The translations under genes and the position numbers were made by a program. This document shows, in pieces, positions 37,186 to 49,808 of a stretch of DNA of 64,000 nt. Location of the stretch: the NCBI RefSeq assembly GCF_036321535.1, contig NC_087472.1:103108001-103172000 (forward strand), read 5' to 3'. A model generated the notes under the pieces. That model saw nothing but the letters and a program-made list of their open reading frames with translations. It was not told the origin of the DNA and did no database searches. The first letter of the stretch is position 1; each line of letters starts with the position of its first letter. This stretch comes from Camelus dromedarius. Lineage: Eukaryota.

Positions 37186-38044
37186 AACACAGACTGCATA
37201 TCCCTTTATATATGCGTAGACTCAACTTCATTCTACCTCCTTCTCCTTAATGTCTCTCCGAACTCCCTTTGAAACAAAAGCCTTAGCTTTTATCTGGTGC
37301 CAGAAAAAGTTCAATTGAAGAACATTCTACTGTTAAAATGGGAATTTATTACTCTCTATAAAAAAAAAAAAAATGACAAGCTCCAAACAATTTTTCTGTC
37401 CCCAGAAAACCCAGCATGATCTTGCCTCATCTGGAAAGTAGTACTCAAATAAGGGTGTTTAAAAATTTGTGCTGGAATTAACTGATGGCCTGAGACACAA
37501 AAAAACAAAGGTTGTTTCTACCCCATCATGACTAGGATGTAAACAAATGCATTTTCCCCCATGATCAGGTGATTACTCAATTTTACGCTATTCAAATGTA
37601 GCAATATTACAGAAAAGATACATCCTGATGAATCATTCAAGGAAAGATGAGCTGTGACATATTTGAAATAAATACACTGTTAAGGAACAGCAGCAAAATA
37701 GACCAAAGCAATCTTTAAAAAGAATCCTGGAAGATACAGAAGATATATACACATACCTTATAGATTCTTTTTTTCAGTGAGCAACTATATGTTAGCTACA
37801 ATTGCCTTTATAGCCAGTTAGAGAAGAAGTCAAGATTTAATAACAAAAAAAATTTCCTAATCCCTCAGTATCCGAGTTTCTGATTTTTTCAATCTATTGG
37901 TTCTTGCTGACATGTCAAAAGCAGTGAAGTCTCTTACATACCAAATAAACGTAGAAATGATACAAAATAGTATTCTCTAAATAAGTCAACCCATATACAA
38001 CAAAACTTCAGAAAAACCCCATTTACTCTTGAGGGGTACAAAGT

Positions 38045-38243
38045 GTAAAGCAGAGGCCAGCTGCCTGTTTTGGTAAATAAAGCAATAAGGCTGTATGGGA
38101 ACGTGGCCACCACCATTCCATTACATATCACCTACGGCTGCTTTCACAAGACACTGGCAGAGTTGGACGTTTTCAACAGAGACCATATGGACCATAAACC
38201 CGAAATATTTACTCTCTGGCCCTTTACAGAACAAGTTGGCCAA
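38045..38243. mobile_element. MER58-like hAT DNA transposon
   Basis: gcctgttttggtaaataaag...ggctgctttcac...ggcagagttg...cagagaccatatgg...aaatatttactctctggccctttacagaa. Confidence 0.75.
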
Positions 38244-38496
38244 AACGTATAAAGAGTAAGACAGGTAGAGCTGAAGAACAGCCTTAATTTAAGGTATCTG
38301 CCACAGCACAGACCTAAAGAAGAGCACCCTAAGGAAACTCTAGTGTCTGTCTAAACTAAAAACATGACTCTTTCTAAAGAAGAACACAAAGCCCAAACCC
38401 TGATACGCCTACAGCATATTCTTCAACCCCATCCCCCGCCACATCTGCCCACTAAGAGGATACGCAGTATGCTTATCCTCCTGGGACGGGAATCAC

Positions 38497-38583
38497 CTCT
38501 CTTTCTTTCTTCTCCTGCAGCTTCTGCTCCTCCTCTTCTCTCTCTTTTCTCTGCTGTTCTTCCCATTCTTCCTTTAACTTTCT
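38497..38583 (-). CDS. ZRSR2: ZRSR2 exon 5: RKLKEEWEEQQRKEREEEEQKLQEKKERE
   Basis: ccccctctgtaaag| (AAG) acceptor, |gtgatt donor; 87 nt. Confidence 0.92.
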
Positions 38584-38798
38584 CTTTACAGAGGGGGAAA
38601 AAAAATAAAAAATACGAAAGGTAATTTTTTTTCAGATTCACTTTTTAAAAACATTTAACATATGAGGCAAATAAATGAAAAATGTTAACACTGGTAAAAT
38701 AATCCTCATTTTTTAAAGTTCCAGGTATGTAACTCTTAATGGAAGTCATTTTGGTTAAATCATTAGTTAGTTAGCTCGTTATCTGATTAATACCATAC

Positions 38799-38907
38799 CT
38801 CTTGTTCCTCCTGCCGTCTTCTAGCTGACTCCTCCTTTTCCTTCTTTATTCTGAATTCTTCTTGTGCCTTCTGCTCCCGTAGCAACCACTCCTCATGCAA
38901 TTTTTGC
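38799..38907 (-). CDS. ZRSR2: ZRSR2 exon 4: QKLHEEWLLREQKAQEEFRIKKEKEESARRRQEEQE
   Basis: catcaatag| acceptor, |gtatgg donor; 109 nt. Confidence 0.94.
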
Positions 38908-38955
38908 CTATTGATGTAATGATGTCATGAAACAAAAGCAATGGGCATTAATCTA

Positions 38956-38958
<3 letters not shown>

Positions 38959-38997
<39 letters not shown>
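38959..38997. repeat. (CA)n microsatellite, about 19 units; reads (UG)n in ZRSR2 pre-mRNA
   Basis: Direct read. Confidence 0.97.
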
Positions 38998-39004
<7 letters not shown>

Positions 39005-40105
39005 GATAGCAAAATGACATTTGGGGAATGATGAAAGGATCACGAAAGATATTTTTTAGAAAGAAGTTAAGTAGGGGTAAGAGGACCAGAGGATATGAGT
39101 AGTGATCTTGGAAAAGCACTACATTTTAGCAGCTATCCTCCTAAGAGGGGGACAGCGTAAAGTCACTATTTATACATTCCCTATCTGTAACTTCTTTACA
39201 CAAAACATTGACACTTCAGCTTTCCCTTTAGGTTGGCCACAGTCATGTTTAGGTGCCAATAAAGTGAGTAACAAGTTTCAAAGCAACATCTAGCTTTTCA
39301 AATTTACAAAGTATTAGCCTTTCTGTCCTATGCATTTTAAAAGCGTCTATCACAGGATTGCAGCATGATGAAAATCTGCCATAAACCCTCGGACTGCTAC
39401 TCTATAGTTAAGACACTCCTGTGGTTTGCACCAAGCACCTAAACCGCTGAGAAGAAAAAAAAACTACATCATGATCATGTCTTTAAAATAAAGAAAGCTA
39501 CAGGTTTTAAGAAAAGATGACAAGGAAATACAAAAACAAATTATTAGGTGTCTAGTTTATTTTTAAAAAATGACCAATTAGAAAGAGGGATCTTATCTTA
39601 AAATGGTGTCTCAAACATCCAATATCACAAGTTCCTAACTTAAAGATGGGTTATATTTCAAAACTTTATAAGCCAGTTGAGTGTTTAAAACCTAGATTGC
39701 ATTTTCCCCACTGATTTTGTAAAAGGAAAACGAAACATGAGAAATTGTTCTATATTATTTCAGGGACATTAGGAGTTAAATGAGATTTTATGTCTAGCTT
39801 GGGGACCAGCCACAATTTCAAATACTTTACGGCAAAAAGTATTCTGTTTCCAACTAGAGATTCCAGGCACACATCTTTCATCTCTGGTAGAGACTGCCAT
39901 ATTGCATATGTCAACGTTCCTGTGTATGTTATAGGTTTATGTAGATCTCTTATTCATGAATCTTTTGAGGAACATATTAATTGTATATAAGCTGAATCGA
40001 AGTGTATATAGATTTAAGACCACAAAAAAGTAAAATGTTACAAACTTTAAAAAGTAATAACTTGGATATAATATTGAGAACTATAGAACTCTGGGCACAT
40101 AATTC

Positions 40106-40663
40106 TGTCAAACCCCTGCACTAAAAGACTTGAGCAAAGTCTGGCATGGCTTTTAGCAGCATAAGGCTGTGTCCCTAGGATGACCCCAGCACTACCCACC
40201 CTGCTCCCCCTCACATACACACACTAAAATGTCTGCCTGAGGAAGCTCAATTCTGCCAGGAAAATGGACTGTTTGCTCTAGCCAACACCTGCCTTCCCTT
40301 TCTTAGAGCATTACTACAAGTGGCTCGTAATTGTGAATATGTGTCTCTTGTAACTCATAAGGGTCTCTCTCAAGGATCTGAGAGCCACTCCGGGCAAATG
40401 TAATCAGTAAGAAGGATGAGGCCTCTGCTGCCCAGGCCCTGTGGGAGGACAGAGCCCTAACTCCCCACTAACAAACACAGCTGCCTAGTCACATTCATAG
40501 GGAACAACACTTCGTACTGTTCACCTTTCTCATTCTCCCTTTTAAATGCCCAAATCGCCTCTGCACAAACGGGAAAGGAGCTCAGCTCTTCCCCTATTGT
40601 CAAGACTTACTGAATAAAGTCTGTTCTTGCCACTTTAATGTCCAGCTGTGTTTACCTCTGACA
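40106..40663 (+). mobile_element. Solo ERV LTR (ERV1, MER34/MER39-like) in ZRSR2 intron 3
   Basis: TGTCA...TGACA termini, AATAAA at 40613, 558 bp. Confidence 0.7.
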
Positions 40664-41449
40664 CTATATACCTGCTTTTAAGTAGTACATAAAGTCATAG
40701 AGCATTTTCACATAATTTTCCTGCTTTTCAACAACGAAGTATTATGCAACTCTTATAAGAATAAATAAAAGCCAACAGAACACAAACACATGCATATGTG
40801 ATTTAATAGACGCATCTCAAATAAATGGGAAAGCAAAAAAATATTACTTCCCTGTTTCATGCTATACCCATCATCTTCATCATAACAGAACTCTAATAAG
40901 AACAGCCAGAGTTATTACAACACCTCCTAACTGCTCACACTATGTTAAGCACTATACACTTATCACCTCATTAATCTCATTTCATCTCCCCAATTCTATG
41001 CAGTGGGTACTATGATTGATTTTTTTTTAATCACCATATTTAACTCAAGGAAATTGAAGCTTAGAGAGATCAAGCAACTTGAACACAACTAGTAAGTAGC
41101 AGGGCCAGAACTGGAATGCAGACCTGGCTGAATCCAACTCCATTTTCCCAATCACTACTACTTTTTTTTCTTCAGGCATTTTGATAATTCCACCTATTTA
41201 TGTGCTTAGGTAGAGAACAAGAATTAATTACAAGAAAGGAAGCAACATTTCCAGTGAATACACTAAATAGCTAAAGAGTGTCTATAAAGTTTTTTCTCCT
41301 TTAAAAACTTATTTTTTATTGTAGCAAAATATATATACCATTAAATTTACCATTTTAACCATTTAAGTGTACCACTAAGTAGCATTAAGCACATTCACAT
41401 CATTGTGTACCACTTAAAAAAAAACTACCCCCTGAAAAACTCTTAAAAA

Positions 41450-42420
41450 AAAAAAAGCAGAATATTTTTGTCATCTTGGGATGGGGAAGGCCTTTTTAAG
41501 TTAGACACCAAGGCCAGATATCATGATGAAAATTGACGACATGGAAATCAAATTATGCTAAGTAATGCCGCCGCAAGCCAAGTCAGGACTGATGACAAAT
41601 GGGAATATACATCACATATAACAGATAAAGGATTAATACCCTTAATCAAGTAATAACATTGTTTACATAACAAACTTAAGAAAAAGAGAAAGAGAAAGGT
41701 GCAAGACTTAAACAACTTACAGACAGATAATACATAAAAAGATACTCATCCTTACTAATCAAGGAATATACACTTGAAACAATGGAATATAACTTTCCCC
41801 TATGGGAGTTTTAAGAACCGATAATGCCTAGTGTGAGGGAAAGTACGGGGAGATGGGCACCTTGATTCATTGTTGGAAAGGCTGCAAACTGCAAACCGGG
41901 ATGCCCGTTCTACCTGCCCATCTACATTTCACGTGTACTTGTCCTCTAGGCATCTTCCTAAAGAAATAACAGGACAATCACCAAGGATATATAATCATGG
42001 ATACTCACTGCAACTTTTTATATAAAATATTATACTTATATTAAAATAGTAAAAAGCCTGAATGTAAATTAACAGTAAATAGTAAATTAATAGTACATGG
42101 CAAGTGAATGTTATTTAATAGTAAATAAGCTGATGTCCCTCAGTAGAGAACTATAAATTATGAATAAAAAATAAATTATGCTACATCCGTACAATGGATA
42201 CTATGTTGCCACTGAAATGGTTGAATTAGATCTCCACATCAACACTGAAATAAATGTCTTACATGGTCAGCAAAAAAAGCAATTTATCGAAAAATACATA
42301 TAAATATCCCATGACAGAAATATACATGTATCTACAACTTCTTTCTTACATTCTTAGCAGTGGCTATCTCTGGGTGTGTTGAGTTTACTGAAGTGCTTTC
42401 ACTTTCTATACTTCTTAATT
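41450..42420 (+). mobile_element. Old L1M 3' remnant
   Basis: Degenerate L1 ORF2-end and 3' UTR motifs; boundaries approximate. Confidence 0.6.
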
Positions 42421-42683
42421 ATTTAGACTTTTTTTTTTCAAAAACATTTACCAATTAGCAAAAACAGTAAAAAATACTCAGGGTTTCGTTTTTGTTTTTT
42501 TGTTTCGAAAGACTACATCTCATTTCAGCCCATCAGCTAGAGATTTAAACAATTTATCCAGGGTATTTTCTAAGACCTACTGTGTATAAGATATTAGGAA
42601 GAAGACCTGTACTAATGAGCAGAGACTTCTAACAGTCAAGTGAAATAACTGGGTTCACAGGAAGCGCTTCAATCAGTGCTGAC

Positions 42684-42771
42684 CTCTCTACCTCCAACAG
42701 CCTCTCTTCTTCTAGTTGTTGTTCCTCAGTAAAAGCATCCGCTGCTGCCTCCTCCTCCTTCTGTGAGAGTC
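42684..42771 (-). CDS. ZRSR2: ZRSR2 exon 3: LSQKEEEAAADAFTEEQQLEEERLLEVE
   Basis: ttccctcag| acceptor, |gtcagc donor; 88 nt; frame-consistent. Confidence 0.92.
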
Positions 42772-43249
42772 CTGAGGGAACAGAAATGTTTCATTACACT
42801 ATCTGAGTATTATGAAACCTTGGTCAATAATTCAGGAAAAACGATGTACAATTTTTCATCTTCACAATTATGGTACAAATCTGTTTTTAAAACTTTCTAA
42901 TAATAACAGGCCCCCACTGCCCAAAATGGAACAATGTGAACATCAAAAAGAACAATAATGGTAGTAGGTAACACATTAAACTAAAAAAAAAAAAAATGTA
43001 CTGATCATTCCACAGTGATACCCCAAAAGGCAGTGGGGCGTGGGAGAGAACATCCATCTTTACAGAAGAATGGCAACTAAAAAATGTAGGAAGACTTAAG
43101 TGAAAAAGTCCTCACTTCTGCAAGGAGGAACTAATTGTTGGGAAGAGGATATTTATTTAGCTATCTCAAAATATCAGTCCACAGATGATTACTAATTACA
43201 AAGGAGGAACTATCCTTTACTATGAAGTGATCAGATTGGCAACACTTTG

Positions 43250-43411
43250 ACCACCCTCCTCCACATCCATGGTTCCTCCATATCTGCTGTTCTGTACCCT
43301 TGGATTCAACTAACTGCAGACCATGTAATATTATAGTATTTACTATTTAAAAAATCCACATATAAGTGGACCTGGGCAGTTCAAAACCCATGTTGTTCAA
43401 GGGTCAACTGT
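43250..43411 (-). mobile_element. Tigger2-like DNA transposon end
   Basis: Minus strand cagttgacccttgaacaacatgggttttgaactgcccaggtccacttata resembles the Tigger2 terminal repeat. Confidence 0.75.
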
Positions 43412-44224
43412 GTATCTAAATGTATTATACACAGAACTATATATGGAAACATACTACAGTTTTGCACCTTGCTTTTTAAACTTCATGTAACTTTCATTTC
43501 TGATAAGGCAGATCATTTAAGCAGCTCATTTCAGTTTATTTCAAGTAAAAGTGGGTGCTAAATAGGTTGCCTGTAATAGAGGTGATACTCTAGAAAGTTC
43601 TACCAATCATTTGCCAACTCACTCTTACAGCAATTCTTACAGAGTATCTCTATATTCTATCCTTCTGGGTAATGTTTGCCCATCCAATATGTTCTACAAT
43701 GAACAGCACTGTTTGGTAGACCACAGTATTCATGAAGCACTACTAAATAAAGAATTTAGTTGGAGTAGGCCAAAGTAGGGATAGTTGTCCAGAGACAAGT
43801 GCTTAGTCTTTGATTTGCCATTAGCCACATACAATCATGAGCTGACCAATGAGCTGCATCAACTGACTAAAATGCCAAAGAACACTTCTACTTGCTTCTC
43901 CACAAAGGCTCACTGCAAGCACCCTTGGCAAAGTTAAAGGGGAAAAAAGTCAATGCAATACAAAAAACAGCTATAGGATTTAAAACAGGTAAAGAAAAAA
44001 AGGAAGAGTTTAAAAAGGGGGTGGGGGAGCATATTACAAGAAAACAGGTTAACAAAGTAAGGGGGCTGAGAACTTTAAGGGGGTTGGAGGAATCACTAAC
44101 AGCATCAATAACTCCAATATACCCTGTTTTTCCTTCTATCCCTGATGCTTTATCCTGCCTCTAATGCACCAATTTTGAATAAATAAAAAAAGAGATGCTA
44201 ATACAGGCTGCAGGTAAACACACT

Positions 44225-44414
44225 GCTCCTTCCATTCTAAATATCTCAAGTATTGCTACTAAAATAATGACTAGGCAACTCCAATGTAAATAAAACCGCT
44301 ATGGCTATTTTTCTCAAGGCTCCTTCCATTCTAAATATCTCAAGTATTGCTACTAAAATAATGACTAGGCAACTCCAATGTAAATAAAACCGCTATGGCT
44401 ATTTTTCTCAAGGC
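44225..44414. repeat. Perfect 94-bp tandem duplication in ZRSR2 intron 2
   Basis: Identical units 44225-44318 and 44319-44412, with GC microhomology. Confidence 0.96.
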
Positions 44415-45367
44415 CCAAGAATCCTGGTTACTTGAAGCCATGGTCTGTGCACTTAAAGAACTATCTAGGATGATTGAATAGGTAGATTCTAGATAATATG
44501 GATGGCAACCATTATAACTCAGTACTCCTGTGTAATTTTAGTGCTTCCATCTGCATTTATAACTACTATATAATTTTATAATTAAGTTAGTAGCACTAAT
44601 TTCATGAAACAGGTTGAATATACAAATGTTCGATTTTGCCATGTGAAGGTCAAATGACACCATGGCCAGTAGAGATAAAGGTTCCACAGTATTTTAATAG
44701 GAAAAAAACTTGATAACCACAGGGCAACAGTAGAAGTGGCATTCCAAACCCCGATCAGTACCATATTCATGCTGTAAACATCTGTTTCCCATTATCGCTA
44801 ACATTATATTAATGTAGATTTGATGTTTTACTGACTGTGTAATTTCACTTGTTTTGTAATTTTTAAGTATTTTATAATATTTATATTTATAATATGTACG
44901 AGTATGTTTATAAAAATGTTATTAGTTGAGTAAGTTTCATAACTAGTTTTAAGCACATATACTTAAATAACAACAAAGGATTTGTTAAATTAGTGAAATT
45001 TGAAAAAAACTTCCAAAATGTCTAAAACCCTCAACTCCTGCTGGTTTTACAAAGAAAAATATTCACCGAATACTTACTATGTGCAAGGGCTGTACCAGCT
45101 GCTGTAATTCATGATGCCCGCACCTTAATATTAGATACTTTGTATCTACCTGTAACCAGTGGGTAATGATTCACTGTGACTTTCTTCCGCCTCAGTAGTA
45201 CGTTAACACTGTTCTTGTCATGGGTCTAACAGAACTTTTAGGGAGGCCGTGGCTACATCAGTTCTTTATCAGATACGGTAATTGGCTTCCTTCTGACACT
45301 GGGGCCTAAGTTAAGACGGGAGTCGGGGGAGCAATTTCACACAGAGAAAACACGATGAGTCCGTTAC

Positions 45368-45447
45368 CTGAGTCTCTCAGTCGAGCGAGTTCCTGCCGAC
45401 GTTTCTTTCGTTTCTCCTTCTTCAGGGCGGCCCTGTACTTTTTGTGG
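45368..45447 (-). CDS. ZRSR2: ZRSR2 exon 2: HKKYRAALKKEKRKKRRQELARLRDS
   Basis: ttttccag| acceptor, |gtaacg donor; 80 nt. Confidence 0.95.
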
Positions 45448-45857
45448 CTGGAAAAGACAAAACAGACACACTGTATCGTAAGTGGCCGCACCTGCAGCGC
45501 TGCCTGAGCTCCCCTCTCCTCCGCACCCAGTGACAGGAACTCATTCGGGTGCTGGGGAATAAAATCTTGCTTCCCGTCTTTTAATTTCAGAACATGCTTT
45601 TACCATCGCCTCGCCGTCGGATGCCCAGACAGCAGGACTTCTCCATCCCACCACCCGTTCCCCTCCCCTCCTCGCCTCCCTGAGCCCACGGGTGCCCGTT
45701 GACAGTCGGGAACGCGCTTAGGAAGGGATCGAGCTGCCACGGTGGCTCGCTTGCTTGCCCCAGCTCCCCTTCCCTTCCTGCCTGCACATCCTCCATGCCC
45801 AGCCTTGGTCCGCTCGGCCCCTTTTGTCGTCAACTCATATCCCTAAGCCCAGCGTAC

Positions 45858-45898
45858 CTCAATTTCTCCGGAAACATCATTTGTTCGGGCGCCGCCAT
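45858..45898 (-). CDS. ZRSR2: ZRSR2 exon 1, coding part: MAAPEQMMFPEKL
   Basis: aaaATGG Kozak context; |gtacgc donor. Confidence 0.93.
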
Positions 45899-46429
45899 TT
45901 TCTCGGTGCGGCCACGCCCACGCCCCCCCCCCCCCACCGGCGCGAGCCGGCCGGAAGGGGCGGGCTTGAGGGCGTGCTCAGCCGCGCGCGGGCGTTTCGC
46001 GGCCTCTCGGTCGAGAGGTCCGGGGAGCATGCCTCCGCCCCGCCTGACCAGAGACGGAAGGTGGGAGATAGGTTGCTCGTCTTCCAATCCTCTGCGCAGC
46101 TAAATGTCTCCTTCCCGAAAAACCCTCTGGGGCTCCTACCCTGCCCTGTAAGTAATTCTTCCCTCCTAGCGCCCCCCTCCCCCAGTGCGTTATCACTACC
46201 TCTCCTCACATAGTGGGGTGTCTTGTGCCCTGGAAGTTAAAGTCACAGTTCTCCCTCTTTTCTCCTCATCCATTCACGAAGCCTCATCCCACACTCGCTG
46301 TTCGCCTTGCTTTCCAATCCGAGGCTCCTCCTCCTTCTGTCGTTCTGCCTATCAGCGCCTCAAAGCTCCCCACTCCGCTCCCTTCTGTTTACACCTGCCA
46401 GCTCTGTAGGCGAATTTAACTCCTGAGGC

Positions 46430-46990
46430 TACAGAGGTGCAACTTCTGCTTCAGAGGAATTTACAGTCTAGAGGCACAGAAGGACCAACACATAGATTAG
46501 ATAATACGGTACAGGCAACTAAGTTTACTTAACATAGTCCACCTGGGGATTCAAGAAGAGCTTTCTGATGCCTGAGTTGAGTTTTGAAGGCAGATGGCCT
46601 TAACTCAGGTGAAGGATGGATTCAGTTGCAGGTAAATCCGCATACGCAAAGACACTGAGAGGCGAAACAATGGAATCTGCCAGAACCGCGAGAATTTTGG
46701 TCTTCGAATATTAAGGGCAGTTCGAGAGTATTAAGGAATACAGCGGTGGAGGGGGCTGGGGCTAGGTTATGGAGGAGGGCCATTCCAAGAAGCTTTAATT
46801 ATGCTCTTTAGGCAACAGAGAACCATTGGAAGATTTTAAGTTGAGGCTTGTTGTGGTCATATTTGTGTTTTAGATAAACTACTCTGGTTTACAGTATAAA
46901 GTATACAACTGGAGTGCCGCAGTCTCGGTAAGAGGTCACAAGGAATTAAACTGGGGTAATGAGAGTAAGGGATTGAGAAAGCAAAATCAA
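46430..46990 (-). mobile_element. L2 remnant upstream of the ZRSR2 promoter
   Basis: ggaatttacagtctag, tgagttgagttttgaagg, ggcaacagagaaccattggaagattttaag, atttgtgttttaga. Confidence 0.6.
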
Positions 46991-48939
46991 CCTTGCTAAT
47001 AAGTAGACTGATATACACATACAAGACCAGGGACAAGGCCAGGAAAAAAATGTTCCCTCCAAGGACATGTTGCAGCTGCAAAATGATTAACAACCCTTAT
47101 CTTTTGATAACTGGGTAACTTCCCCGACTTAGTTTTGTTCCTCTCTCCTCCAAATCAAGGTTACTGAGACACCCAATTACTAAACTGCCCCTACTTCCCC
47201 TAGTCCCTCTTTTAAGTGATTCAGCAGAAGCCCAAACTCTGCATGAACTCTGCCCTTCTCCCTCTTACAAAGACACTTGCAGGAACACGCCTCCAAGTTG
47301 ACCTTGTCCAGCTCAGTGCATCAGTAATTAGGGACATAGACTTTGGAGTTGGATGTACTTGGAAACTCAAGCCTTGCCTCTCTGATCTTGAGTAAATTCC
47401 TCATGTGTAGTCTTCAGTTTTCTCATCTGTAAAACTCAGGGGAATGCTATATGTTGGCATAGTGCCTGGCAATAGTTAGTGTCCCCCAAACATTAGCTGT
47501 TATTAACAGCAGCAGCATGGTGAAAACTTCCCAGCCCTCTCAAGAGTGGGTTAGGTACTGGTCCTGCAGGTGCTCCCAGCGCAAGTATTTCACCTTTTAT
47601 ACCTGCCGCACTACATTGTACTTTGTGGCCTTCATAAGTCTGCCTCTTGCGCTAAGTTTCAAACTCCTTAAAGGTGGAGACTTGTACTCCTGAGTGGCAC
47701 AAAATGTAGCTGCAAATCTCCAATTTTGCTGATTCCTGAGACCAGGACTTATGCTGAGAATTGCTGCCATTCTGAAAGCATCAGTGTTTGGATTGCTGTA
47801 ACATTTCTTATGAATCAGACCAGACTTTCATGTCAGAATAATAAGTAAGAATGTCTTCTAGGAAGATACTCCTACTTAAAAAAGAATACAGATTTAGATT
47901 TTATTCTGATTTAGAAATGAATGTAAATCTCCTTTTACAAGAGTTAGACATTTATCTTCTACAATTAACCACTGAATTCATTTTTATGAACAAGCTTAAA
48001 TTGCTCAAGTTGATTTCATTACAGAAGTCACTTTAAAAGCCAATTCCATTTCCAAACTACAGTTACCATCATTTGAATTCAATAAATCATAAGATAAAAA
48101 TGAGGTTGTTAAAAATGTAATGCAAAGATACATTCTATTATGATATTCTGATAAACAGAACAAATTTATCTTTCTTCTGAAACATATTTTTAAAAATTTT
48201 TCTAGGTGCCTGAAATACAACATCTACATATTCTCAAATATGTATATTTTGGTTTAATCCCTCTGTGTGGGAATATGCCTAAATTTTTATCTTACATTGT
48301 CAGTAGAAAATAGCTGATTATCTTTAAAAGGTTGAAGAAAATATTTTACATATGCAAATGATGAAATAGGTAATGCTATTATTAAATAAGTCTTAGTTAT
48401 TGTAAAATGACCAAAGAATGATCCATAAATCTATTTTTCATTTATTGCAAGCATAAAGGGAGAGCAAGAAAAATGTTTACTCTCTGAATGCCAGATTGGG
48501 ACCCTTTCAATTAATTTGTTTTTTCCCTTGCTCTAGTAGGACAATGGTATTAGGACTCGTTGAATGGTCAATGCAGAAATTATCAGGAAAGAATATTTCA
48601 TTTCTCACCTATCATTAATTTCAGTACTAATCACCAGATTTATTCAGGGACATACAGTAGGGTCTTAAGTCCTCTCTAGCACTCATTGCTATGCCAAGGA
48701 CTTTATATATTTTCCAGATTACAGTTATAACTTAATATGTATTCATAACTATTTTACCTTGCTCTTTTAATATGAAAATGCATGCAAATGTATATTTGTA
48801 CAACTGATTAAAAGTTTTCTTTGGAGGAAAGAACTATCCAGGGGTAGTTATTCTTTATTCATTTCCTTATTCAATCAGTTCTTCTGCAGTTATTAGTGAA
48901 TACAGTTATTCTTTATTCAATCAGTATTCTTACTGACTC

Positions 48940-49701
48940 TTTTTTTTTTACATTTTTTTATTGAGTTATAGCCATTTTACAATGTTGTGTCAAATTTCAG
49001 TGTAGAGCACAATTTTTCACTTATACATGAACATACGTATATTCATTGTCACAGTTTTTTCTCTGTGAGCTACCACAAGATCTTGTATATATTTCCCTGT
49101 GCTATACAGTATAATCTTGTTTATCTATTCTACAATTTTGAAATCCCAGTCTGTCCCTTCCCAGCTCCTGCCCCCTTGGCAACCACAAGTTTGTATTCTA
49201 TGTCTATGAGTCTGTTTCTGTTTTGTATTTATGTTTTTGTTTTTGTTTTTGTTTTTGTTTTAGATTCCACATATGAGCGATCTCACATGGTATTTTTCTT
49301 TCTCTTTCTGGCTTACTTCACTTAGAATGACATTCTCCAGGAGCATCCATGTTGCTGCAAATGGCATTATGTTGTTGGTTTTTATGGCTGAGTAGTATTC
49401 CATTGTATAAATATACCACATCTTCTTGATCCAGTCATCTGTTGATGGACATTTAGGCTGTTTCCATGTCTTGGCTATTGTAAATAGTGCTGCTATGAAC
49501 ATTGGGGTGCAGGTGTCATTTTGAAGTAGGGTTCCTTCTGGATATATGCCCAGGAGCGGGATTCCTGGGTCATATGGTAAGTCTATTCCTAGTTTTTTGA
49601 GGAATCTCCAAACTGTTTTCCACAGTGGCTGCACCAAACTGCATTCCCACCAGCAGTCTAGGAGGGTTCCCTTTTCTCCACAGCCTCTCCAGCATTTGTC
49701 A
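48940..49701 (-). mobile_element. Relatively young 5'-truncated L1 (ORF2 C-terminus, 3' UTR, poly-A)
   Basis: ORF 49260..49784 reads [30 protein letters not shown]...WYIYTMEYYSAIK; T-run at 48940; degenerate TSD actgactctttt/attgattctttt. Confidence 0.93.
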
Positions 49702-49808
49702 TTGATTCTTTTGTCTAGAAATAAGCTCAAAGCAACACAACTGCTGGAATGGTGGCAGAGTCGATATTCCCACCTAGAACCCAAAATACCATTTTGAAGA
49801 GTAGGTTG

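Larger units (their letters stand above)
24613..45898 (-). other. ZRSR2: ZRSR2 gene, complete CDS in 11 exons (1473 nt, 490 aa): acidic/basic N-terminus, CCCH finger, UHM/RRM, CCCH finger, RS tail
   Basis: Exon lengths 41+80+88+109+87+39+119+214+56+110+530 join into one frame with GT-AG introns; intron-containing, so not the ZRSR1 retrocopy. Confidence 0.97.
45330..46100 (-). promoter_or_regulatory. ZRSR2: CpG island / ZRSR2 promoter with GC boxes, ETS-like CCGGAAG and a YY1-like site over the ATG
   Basis: High GC and CpG density over exons 1-2; ccggaagggggcggg-like stretch ~45951-45964, ccgccc ~46035, gccgccattt 45891-45900. Confidence 0.85.

Noticed and set aside
44225..44414. Direct repeats as a CRISPR-like array
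   Set aside because: Two adjacent copies, no spacers, eukaryotic intron
45587..46419. Cluster of overlapping ORFs at the promoter, including an in-frame ATG 132 nt upstream of the ZRSR2 start
   Set aside because: Expected in stop-poor CpG islands; the upstream ATG is probably outside the transcript and its frame depends on the C13 run
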